The notes under the pieces were generated by a model that made no database searches, was not told the origin of the DNA, and saw only the letters and a program-made list of their open reading frames with translations. A DNA stretch of 64,000 bases from Thermoproteota archaeon (GTDB lineage Archaea; Thermoproteota; EX4484-205; JAAOZP01): the NCBI GenBank assembly GCA_049700215.1, contig JBNAVT010000008.1:860-64859 (forward strand), written 5' to 3'. The stretch's first letter is position 1. Each line of letters begins with the position of its first letter. Shown here piece after piece: positions 48,351-56,448 of this stretch. A program made the position numbers and the translations under genes.

Positions 48351-49186
48351 TTTTTAACTATCACCTTGATATTCTGAAATAGTTCCTGAAATTTAGGCTT
48401 CCACTCCTCCATCTTTAACGCAAAAGGTATTCCCATAGAGTAGAGCTCCGCAATCCTCCTATCGTATGGTATCTCAAGGAGAATAGGTATCTCTCGGGTC
48501 CTGCAGTATTCGTGAACACGCAGGTCTCCTATTCCCGCCTTGTTTACTACCACCCCGAAAGGTACTTTAATCTCTGTTAACATGTCAACCGTCAGCTTCA
48601 GACCGTGCAAACCAAATGGCGTGGGCTCCGTCACGAGGATGCAAAAATCACTTCCGTAGACTGATTCTATAACCGGGCATGACGTTCCAGGAGGACAGTC
48701 GATTATCACATCCCTATCTTCTTCAATCTCATCCTTGACCGCGCGGATTAACGGTCCCGCAACCGGTTCCTCCGTATTCAATACTCCATAAACAAGCCGG
48801 ATACTACCTAAATTCGCTTTCCGCATGACTCCTACTTCCCTACTCTCTTCATCAATCGCTTTTCTTGGACAGACTATGCTGCATAATCCACAACTATGGC
48901 AAAGCTGGTCGAATATTATGATTCTGTTAGGCAATACCGCGATCGCGTTAAACTGGCAAGCCTCCGCGCATTTACCACACCCATCGCAAAGCTCCATATT
49001 CACCCTAGGCGCGGACGAATACACCCTCTTTTCCTCGTAATCCTCTATCTTGAAGAACAGGTAGTCATTCGGCTCCTGAACATCACAATCTAACAGTTGA
49101 ACTCCATCCCTTAACGAGAGAGCCATGTTCACAGCCACAGTAGTCTTCCCCGTCCCACCCTTACCGCTTGCGACCGAGACTATCAC
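48347..49186 (-). CDS. MinD-superfamily P-loop ATPase with inserted ferredoxin domain
   Basis: SGKGGTGKT, CDGCGKC, CHSCGLC, DCPPGTSCP, EPTPFG. Confidence 0.92.
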   Translation of the reverse strand: MIVSVASGKGGTGKTTVAVNMALSLRDGVQLLDCDVQEPNDYLFFKIEDYEEKRVYSSAPRVNMELCDGCGKCAEACQFNAIAVLPNRIIIFDQLCHSCGLCSIVCPRKAIDEESREVGVMRKANLGSIRLVYGVLNTEEPVAGPLIRAVKDEIEEDRDVIIDCPPGTSCPVIESVYGSDFCILVTEPTPFGLHGLKLTVDMLTEIKVPFGVVVNKAGIGDLRVHEYCRTREIPILLEIPYDRRIAELYSMGIPFALKMEEWKPKFQELFQNIKVIVKK

Positions 49187-49305
49187 AGCCGCCTCTATCC
49201 CCCTATCTAAAACATTAGTATAAAAATTTGCCTTCCCATTGAAAAATCAATTCGATACCTCTTCCATTAAACCGGACGCGCTAACAGTAACTTAGGAGAA
49301 GAAAA

Positions 49306-49417
49306 CGGGCCCGCTGGGATTTGAACCCAGATCATTACAGCTCTGCTTCCAGCTTCACACTGATAGGAGGCTGCCGCCATTTCTGGGCTTGTGTTGTCCA
49401 GGTTAGGCGACGGGCCC
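49306..49417 (-). tRNA. tRNA-Arg(CCT) with introns at 20a/21 (49381-49395) and about 37/38 (49343-49363)
   Basis: Body nearly identical to the 10296 gene; GCAGC CT CCT A...A GCTGT; D-loop BHB central helix CTGG/CCAG; A20 and G73. Confidence 0.85.
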
Positions 49418-49835
49418 GTTTGTCTTTTCCTCTTTAGGTCTTTTTATGTTTTCTGCTGTTGTGTGCGTGGTTTTGAACAGCTGGGCTAGTGTCGCGTATT
49501 GTTGCTTTCCTTGTTTCTTGGAGTAGCCTGGTGAAGCGTCTGTGCTTTATGGGTTGGGCTGCGTATTCGTTGCTACTTTTATGCTGATTCTTCGTCACCT
49601 TGTTTTTCTGAAAATTTTGTTGCTTCTGCTGTTTTCACTGTTAACCTTTCCTCTAAGGCTTCTATTCGAGTGTCGACCCCGCGGGCTTCTTTGTTTTAAC
49701 TGGGCTGAAATAATAAGCGGGTAGAAATGCTTGTTGAATAGCCTCGTTAAGGGCTTTTTTAAGATCCATATAGGGGTTGTTTACAAGTCGTCCGGAAGGT
49801 TTAAGTATACATTCTTTATTTGTATACAATAGATA

Positions 49836-50063
49836 ATGTCTACAGAGGTTCTCTCAGTCAGAATAAGCGGGGAGCTAAAGAGAGAAGCTGAAAAATTAGG
49901 CATAGATGTGAAAAGCGTTGTCGAGAGGGCATTGGCCGATGCGGTGGAGCAGGCTAAAAGAAGAAAGCTTGAGGAAGCAATCAATATGCTGTTGAAGGAA
50001 ATGGGAGAAGTCTCTGACGACGAATGGGTAAGGGTAGTAAAGGAATGCCGCAGGGAAAGGTAG
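49836..50063 (+). CDS. RHH-type antitoxin (VapB/CcdA-like)
   Basis: VLSVRISGELKREAEKLGIDV; overlaps the PIN gene. Confidence 0.8.
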   Translation: MSTEVLSVRISGELKREAEKLGIDVKSVVERALADAVEQAKRRKLEEAINMLLKEMGEVSDDEWVRVVKECRRER

Positions 50064-50461
50064 AGGCGGTTTTAGACACTTCAGCGCTATACCCCTTGCT
50101 TAAAAAACTAGGCGGGGGAGCTGCCTCATTATTGATGAGGCTTCTGATCCTTGATCTGACTAAGTATGAGTTGGGAAACATAGGTTGGAAAGAGTATAAA
50201 CTGGGGCACGTGAAAAATTGGGAGAGTCTGATGGAGCGATGGTCGAAAATAATAAGAGAGCTACCAGAGTATTCAATAGGCGTGGAGCATCTTAAAGAGG
50301 TGGGTGAGATCGCGGTTGAAAGGGGATTGTCGTTTTACGATGCTTCATATGTCTACGTGGCGGAGAAGCTGAACCTGAAGCTGATAACTGAAGACGAGGA
50401 AATGCTTAATAAATGTAAAAACTCAGTAGCTTTAGACAAGTTTCTAAAAACCAAGTCTTAG
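50045..50461 (+). CDS. vapC: VapC PIN-domain toxin
   Basis: VLDTSAL, YELGN, SFYDASY, LITED. Confidence 0.88.
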   Translation: MPQGKVEAVLDTSALYPLLKKLGGGAASLLMRLLILDLTKYELGNIGWKEYKLGHVKNWESLMERWSKIIRELPEYSIGVEHLKEVGEIAVERGLSFYDASYVYVAEKLNLKLITEDEEMLNKCKNSVALDKFLKTKS

Positions 50462-50604
50462 AATCAAGCTTCTGTAATTCTATTAATAAGGATTCAAACA
50501 GCTTTACAAACATCGTTGCAGCAAGCTTTCCTCAGGAAAAACGAATCAAGATACAATCAAAAATCTTAATAAGCAACGTATTCGGTAAATTCATTGAAGC
50601 CAAT

Positions 50605-50727
50605 GCGGAGGTAGCCAAGGCTGGTCAAACGGGACTAGACTAAAGGCGCTGGACTTAAGATCCAGTCCCGCAGACGCGGAATCACCGCGCGCGGAAGGGT
50701 TCGTGGGTTCAAATCCCACCCTCCGCA
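50605..50727 (+). tRNA. tRNA-Leu(TAA) with introns at 21/22 (50629-50643) and in the variable arm (50674-50696)
   Basis: Spliced product GCGGAGG TA GCC AAGGCTGGTCAAA GGC G CTGGA CT TAA GA TCCAG TCCCGCAGGGGTTC GTGGG TTCAAAT CCCAC CCTCCGC A; both introns form BHB-like motifs. Confidence 0.92.
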
Positions 50728-50745
50728 CTTATATTCACATTTTTT

Positions 50746-51392
50746 TCAAACAAGCCATACTGTAACTTCATCTTTCCACACTTCCACTTCTTCCACTTTA
50801 AGTTCATCTATGCTTCTCCCTAGCTTGTAGCCTAGGATGCGTTTTGCTAAACCCTTCTCAATAAGCTCCTCGCTCAGGTTGTTTAGCAGGTTCATAATCT
50901 TATCAAAATCTCCGTGAATGAGTTCTACTACTATCTTATCGCAGCTATCCGACTCCATTTCGCATAATAGGTTGATCTGTGGAATAAATGTTACCTTTCT
51001 CCCCTCTGCCACCTGCTTCACTCTGGGGTCGTTAATAAACTTCTCTATGATGATCTTTTCACGTTCTTCGAGTTCTCTTTTTATCGCTTCGATGGGATTG
51101 CGGTAAACCTCGGTACTGGAGAAAGCATCTTCAAATAACTGGATTGAAATCGAATATACTTTAGCGTTTCCGGCGAAGACTATTGAATAGAATAAGCGTT
51201 CAGCTAAATCTCCAACTTTTTCTCTGCTACTACATCTAGACCAATGCCTTCGTCCCTCTCCCTGCCTGAGAAGTATATGAGGCATTCCTTCATTGTTTCC
51301 TTCCACTTTTTGCCGATGTATTTTTCACAATTTTCTCTGACATCTTCAAACCTGTCGCCCCACCACCACACAGTAGCAACCTTAGTCGTCAT
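50746..51392 (-). pseudogene. Hypothetical protein, frameshifted near 51210
   Basis: MTTKVATVWWWG...AEKKLEI* and LAERLFYSIVF... are overlapping frames that read as one protein. Confidence 0.5.
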
Positions 51393-51483
51393 TTCTTCCT
51401 TCTCCTTTTTCCTCATCCATTCGTTTTATTAATTGAAACCTCCTTTTATGCTCCTCTTTTTCAGACCCTATTTCCTAGCGCGC

Positions 51484-51909
51484 GCATTCAAGACAACCAT
51501 ATTGATGTTCATCCTTATTGCAGCCAGTGCCATCTTCATCTATCCTTTTAAACGGCAAATAGCAAGCGTTTTTGCAAGCGACCCGGCCATACTTGACGAG
51601 ACGGAACGATTCCTGCAGTTAATATTACCAACGCTTCCTTTCTTCGGGCTCTGCGTGAACTCGATGTCAATTGCAAGAGGCTCAGGCCACACGGCTTTCC
51701 CAACAGCCATAGATATTGGAAGAATCTGGATAGTAAGAGTAGCTTTAGGGTATTTCTTAGCATTTATGTTTAACATGGGCTCCATGGGCATCTGGCTCTC
51801 GTTCTCGTTGAGCAATGTTGTAGGCGGGACAATTCTAATCCTGTGGGTGAAATACGGGAAATGGGATAAAGCCGTAATAAGGAAAAACAGCCTGAGACCA
51901 GGAGATTAG
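51484..51909 (+). pseudogene. C-terminal fragment of a MATE efflux transporter
   Basis: FASDPAIL, RGSGHT and GSMGIWLS motifs; the N-terminal two-thirds is missing; bounded by TAGCGCG motifs. Confidence 0.8.
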
Positions 51910-51934
51910 CGCGTGCAAAGCTGTTACGGGACGG

Positions 51935-52344
51935 TTATCTGATATTTTGTGCAAACAATAAGATGAATCCAAAAGGGTCTTGAATCGCGAACTCGCGAAC
52001 TGCGTACGGCTGGTCTACGGGCTCCATAAGGATCTTAGCCTTATCCTTAATCTTATTGTAAAGAATATTAACATCTGCGGCGTAGAAGTAGACAATAAAA
52101 TTGGCAGGGTCTTCAGAAACCGAACCCTATACCAATGTTGAGCTGACTTTTCCCGTGAAAGCATGAGTTCAATATCGCCGAGAAGAGGCGAAGCCCATTC
52201 GAAAGGAGGAGTCTTCGGCATACTGTATTGTAGTTTCGCCCCAAATACGTCCTGATACCACGCTACAGCTTCATCAACCTCGTCTACAAGAAGCATCAAA
52301 GCCATAGTTTGATACATGCGCAGTCGTCCTCTGTTTTTACTCAA
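51935..52344 (-). pseudogene. VOC/glyoxalase family protein, frameshifted
   Basis: LLVDEVDEAVAWYQDVFG; tail DQPYAVREFAIQDPFGFILLFAQ is in another frame. Confidence 0.75.
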
Positions 52345-52486
52345 CTATTTACAACTTAAACTTTAAAGCTGCAAGACCTAAGCAAGTTTCCTGGTTCTAA
52401 ATCTGTGCCTAAACCTATCAGCCTAAAACCAGTTGAGTTGGAAAAAATTTAAAGCTATCAAACAGGTGGGGTTAAGGTGCTGAAAG

Positions 52487-53785
52487 ATGAGTAAAATAAC
52501 CATTTCTGAGACTCGAGACTATTTCTTAAAAGACGGTGAAAAATTCTTCTATCTCGCAGATACTTGTTGGAGTGCCTTCACCAACCCGACGTACGAAGAA
52601 TGGGAGTATTATCTTGAATATAGAAGAATGCAGGGGTTTAACGCTCTGCAAATAAACATTCTTCCTCAACACGATAGAAGTCCGTCGGAGAACTATATCG
52701 ACCCTTTCGAAACGCTTCCCGGTGGAGGATGGGACTTTAGCCGGAGGAATGAGAAATACTTCGATAGAGCGGAAAAGATGGTTGAGATAGCGGTTGAACA
52801 TGGCTTCACGCCAGCGCTCGTAGTATTGTGGTGTAACTATGTTAAGGGAACATGGGGTTCAAGGATAAGCCCATCCAGGATCATTCCGAGGGATAGACTG
52901 GAGGAGTATGTGCGCTATGTGGCGGAAAGATACGGAAAGTATAATCCTGTTTTCGTAATAAGCGGGGACACGAATTTCGAAGCCGAAGACTCCGTGGATT
53001 ACTATAATGCTGCGTTTGAAACAGTTAAGAAAATATCCCCCGGCTCTTTAACCACTATGCATCTGATGGGGGGACTATGGGAGATACCGGAGACACTTGT
53101 TAAATCGCCGTACTACGATTTCTACATGTACCAGTCGGGGCATGCGAGGGAGCACCAGCATCTTCCATACGAGCTTGCCCAAAGGTTTTACAATATGCCG
53201 GTTAAGAGACCCGTGGTGAATGGTGAACCCTGCTACGAGGGAATAGGTTCAATCGGATCCTATAGTAAGTATGGAAGGTTCAATAGTTTCGACGTTAGAA
53301 AAGCTGTATGGCAGAGTCTTCTTTCAGGAGCTAAGGCTGGGGTAGCTTATGGGGCACATGGCATATGGTCGTGGCAAAAAGAAGGTGGAAACCTAAAGTA
53401 TCCGGAAGAATATGCTTCGATTTACGGTGCACCTTATCACTGGCGTGCTGCGCTTAGGTTTCCAGGAGCATTCGACGTATCTCTTGCGAAATGGGTCTTT
53501 GAAGAATACGATCTGTTTGATATTGAACCTGCTAATGAGAGGCTTGTAAACAAGACTTTAGAAATAAGGGTCTCTGAAGGAAGAGACAAGATTCTTGTTT
53601 ACACACCCTTCAACACGGATATAAAGCTAAAGACCAGCGCGTCATATAATAAATGGGAAGGAATAGATCTTAGAGCGAGAAGAATCTTCAAGCCGGAAGT
53701 GGAGAGAGGGGAAAGCTACCTCACAATAAGAATGACCGAGTTCAACAGCGACCTCCTAATAGTTGGAAGCCAGAAACGGAAATGA
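52487..53785 (+). CDS. DUF4038/apiosidase-like glycoside hydrolase-fold protein
   Basis: FFYLADTCW, RRMQGFN, MYQSGH, NGEPCYE, GVAYGAHGIW. Confidence 0.85.
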   Translation: MSKITISETRDYFLKDGEKFFYLADTCWSAFTNPTYEEWEYYLEYRRMQGFNALQINILPQHDRSPSENYIDPFETLPGGGWDFSRRNEKYFDRAEKMVEIAVEHGFTPALVVLWCNYVKGTWGSRISPSRIIPRDRLEEYVRYVAERYGKYNPVFVISGDTNFEAEDSVDYYNAAFETVKKISPGSLTTMHLMGGLWEIPETLVKSPYYDFYMYQSGHAREHQHLPYELAQRFYNMPVKRPVVNGEPCYEGIGSIGSYSKYGRFNSFDVRKAVWQSLLSGAKAGVAYGAHGIWSWQKEGGNLKYPEEYASIYGAPYHWRAALRFPGAFDVSLAKWVFEEYDLFDIEPANERLVNKTLEIRVSEGRDKILVYTPFNTDIKLKTSASYNKWEGIDLRARRIFKPEVERGESYLTIRMTEFNSDLLIVGSQKRK

Positions 53786-54173
53786 GGCTCTACTCCAAGT
53801 GCTTACAAGGGCTTCAAGGAGTTTGAAGAGTAGTATTACCCGGGAAGGCTGTGCGGCTTTGACGGTTGCAGGGATTGCTGTAACTATACCTATGTCGACG
53901 ATCTACTATTCTTCTCATAGCACGCACTAGACCGTTTTCTCGGCTTAGTAAATAGAGGACTGGTAGAGAGAAACCTGGCGAAATGACTGTGGGCTATGAG
54001 TTGATTTGGGGAGAAATTGACGATTATTATGAAGACATAAGCGTGCAGAAGGATGAAGCCTTAATATGGTTTAGACGGAAGCCTCTAGAAGTAAAAACTT
54101 GAAGCTTATTATTTGACTGTTATTCAACAAGCTTCTATTGATATGCATAGTGTTAATTTATTTGAGGAAAAAG

Positions 54174-54249
54174 TAGCGGGGGGTCGATTTGAACGACCGA
54201 TCTCAGGGTTATGAGCCCTGCGGCATAGACCTGGCTAGCCCACCCCGCT
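54174..54249 (-). tRNA. Initiator tRNA-Met(CAT), no intron
   Basis: AGCGGGG...CAGGG CT CAT AA CCCTG...GGTCG TTCAAAT CGACC CCCCGCT A; A1-U72 pair and three G-C pairs in the anticodon stem. Confidence 0.95.
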
Positions 54250-54645
54250 ATATTTTTCTATATTTATTTCTTTTTGCTTATTGGGCTGCTCCGAATAGGG
54301 TGTTTCGAGTTGCGGGTATATAAAGTTTTTGCTGCGGTTTAGGCTTTAAGTAGGTGGGCTTGTTGTTTCACCCTTGGGTTAAAGGACTGATCGATATCGA
54401 CTTTAAACTGTCACATGTATTTGGCCATGGGCGTGTAATCTAAGGGCGGGGAGGTATAGGTTTTTCGACCATGGTCGCTAGCCTTTATAGTTGCATGGTT
54501 GGGAGTTTTGGTTTAATTCTCGGCTTTTTACGTGTGCAACTTATGGCTGTATTAGGGTTTTCCTGTCTATCGGCCCTTTTTCAGTTGTTTAAAGCGGTTT
54601 CAGAAAAGTTTATAAGCTACGTTTACGTTAACGTAGTAGTAAACG

Positions 54646-55119
54646 TTGAAAGGGATTAGGGTGGTCTATAGGAAGGGTTCAAGCGAGGTTGAGATAACTG
54701 GAGACAATGTTAACGATGTTAAGGAGATGATTAAGTATATTCCAGAGATATACCTGGAGCTTGAGAAGACTGAGAACAGGCTGGCTGAGTTAAAGTCGAC
54801 ACTGAGCCTTATACCTGGCTTCGTTAAGTACGATGAAGCCGGTAAGCCAATACTGTCCGTTAGAGAGGAGTTTCTAACGAGTAGGGAAGCAATAATTCTC
54901 ATCCTGAAGTTTGCTGAGAACGGTCTTAAATCGAGCGAGATAGGGGAGCAGCTCAGTAAGAGTGGCATCGTCTCAGTGGGCTACCCGTCTAGGCTCTCAG
55001 AGATGCTTAGGGAGGGGATCGTGACTAGGAACGAGCTTGGCAACTATGTTCTTACGGAGAAGGGGAAGATAATTGCCGACGAGATAACAACCAGGCTTGA
55101 GGAGGTGTCTTTAAGATGA
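54646..55119 (+). CDS. Winged-helix domain protein
   Basis: C-terminal LKSSEIG...RLSEMLREGIV...YVLTEKG pattern. Confidence 0.7.
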   Translation: MKGIRVVYRKGSSEVEITGDNVNDVKEMIKYIPEIYLELEKTENRLAELKSTLSLIPGFVKYDEAGKPILSVREEFLTSREAIILILKFAENGLKSSEIGEQLSKSGIVSVGYPSRLSEMLREGIVTRNELGNYVLTEKGKIIADEITTRLEEVSLR

Positions 55120-55634
55120 GTGGACCGTTAACAATCAGGCTTGAAATACCTGACAAGAATATTAGGGTGGAGTTCGCAGGCGACGAGAACACGGTAATGA
55201 GAGACCTTCTCAAGTTTCTTTCAAACGTTTATCCCCGTTTAACTATTGTCGACAAGATAGTTTACACACCTGACTTGGAGACTCTTCTTTCAGCGATATC
55301 TCCCCATATCAGGATAAGCAGCGGCGACATAATTCTTCTGGGGGAGGAGTCGAAGACGACCGAGAGTAAAATCCTCTACCTGCTTGCAGGCTGCTACGCT
55401 GCTTCAAGATTCGGTTTACGTGAGAAAAGCAGTATGAGCGTTGAGGAGATGGTCAGGATGGTTACGAATATTTCCAAGAAGACTATTCAAAACACCTTGG
55501 TAGACCTTGTTAAGAAGGGGCTTGTGCTTAGGCAGGCTAGGGGAATGTTCGAAATATCGGTTAAGGGCATAATGCTTCTTTCAGGGGGTTTTGAAGGTGA
55601 AAAACCAGTCGACAAGCCTAATCCCGCTGGCTGA
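55116..55634 (+). CDS. Winged-helix domain protein, similar architecture to the upstream gene
   Basis: MSVEEM...KKTIQNTLVDLVKKGLV...FEISVKG. Confidence 0.7.
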   Translation: MSGPLTIRLEIPDKNIRVEFAGDENTVMRDLLKFLSNVYPRLTIVDKIVYTPDLETLLSAISPHIRISSGDIILLGEESKTTESKILYLLAGCYAASRFGLREKSSMSVEEMVRMVTNISKKTIQNTLVDLVKKGLVLRQARGMFEISVKGIMLLSGGFEGEKPVDKPNPAG

Positions 55635-56448
55635 TCTAAAGCAGCGTCGAGAAGCTCATGTCTTAGAGGGGAAGGAGATAAGGATTAAAATAAGCCGGAC
55701 TAGTGAGTTTAAACTCGGCAGGACTATAAGCATTGATTTCGAGGAGGCTTCTTCTCTGGAAAGCATTGTCGCAGTGGATGTCTCAACCGTTAAGATAGGG
55801 ATAAGCAGGCTGGGCGAGGTTCATGCTATCAGGGGTTCAACCGTTTTGAAAAAGCGGGGAGCGGTGAAGATAAATAGAACTAGGCCGATGATAGTGCTAG
55901 GCGGCATTTCCGACAGCCAGGTTTCTTTTGAACTAGAGGAGCAGTTGAAGAGCATTAGTTCAATCAGGAATTCGTTGATGCTGCTCGACGGGGATTTGAA
56001 TGAGATGGTGAACGTTAGCGGGCCGCTCGGGCTCTCGCGTTTTCTCACATCCGCCTGTAACACTTTAATATCGGTTTCAAAAGGCTTCGTAGACCCGTTT
56101 ATACGTCTACCAGAGGATTTCGACGTTTCTCCGTTTGTAGGCGAGATTCTTAACGGGAGAAGCCCAAGGGAATACTTGGTTAGGCTTAAGCCTGGAAGCC
56201 CTCTGCTGAAGGTGGAAGCCTACCCGGAGGTCGAGCTAGAGGAGATTAGTAGCCTACTGGCCTCCCTCATTCTTATTGATGGTGTTGACTACGGTTATCC
56301 TGAAGCGTTGAGGATCGCCCACATATATTCTAAGATACTTCCAGTAGAGGTTTTAACGCTGAAATGCGTCTTGCAGAAGAAGTTTGGAATAGAGGTTTTG
56401 AGGGAGATAGACAATAGGAAGATGCTTCTAGGAGGCTTCTGGAGTTGA
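55591..56448 (+). CDS. NurA-like nuclease domain protein
   Basis: AVDVS, LLDGDL, SVSK and NurA-type C-terminal GYPEALRIAH. Confidence 0.75.
   Translation: MKVKNQSTSLIPLADLKQRREAHVLEGKEIRIKISRTSEFKLGRTISIDFEEASSLESIVAVDVSTVKIGISRLGEVHAIRGSTVLKKRGAVKINRTRPMIVLGGISDSQVSFELEEQLKSISSIRNSLMLLDGDLNEMVNVSGPLGLSRFLTSACNTLISVSKGFVDPFIRLPEDFDVSPFVGEILNGRSPREYLVRLKPGSPLLKVEAYPEVELEEISSLLASLILIDGVDYGYPEALRIAHIYSKILPVEVLTLKCVLQKKFGIEVLREIDNRKMLLGGFWS

Noticed and set aside
10296..49417. Near-identical sequences at 10379-10415 and 49306-49342 as att sites of a 39-kb element
   Set aside because: They are inverted, both belong to complete tRNA genes, and the interval holds core genes (hisS, endA).
49420..49700. 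Strongly strand-biased T/G-rich stretch with faint HicA-like text on the minus strand, and + strand ORF 49542-49724
   Set aside because: Too degenerate to support a call; the hydrophobic + strand ORF is explained by the T bias.
53790..54110. Possible decayed gene remnant before tRNA-Met
   Set aside because: Stops in every frame checked and no assignable family.
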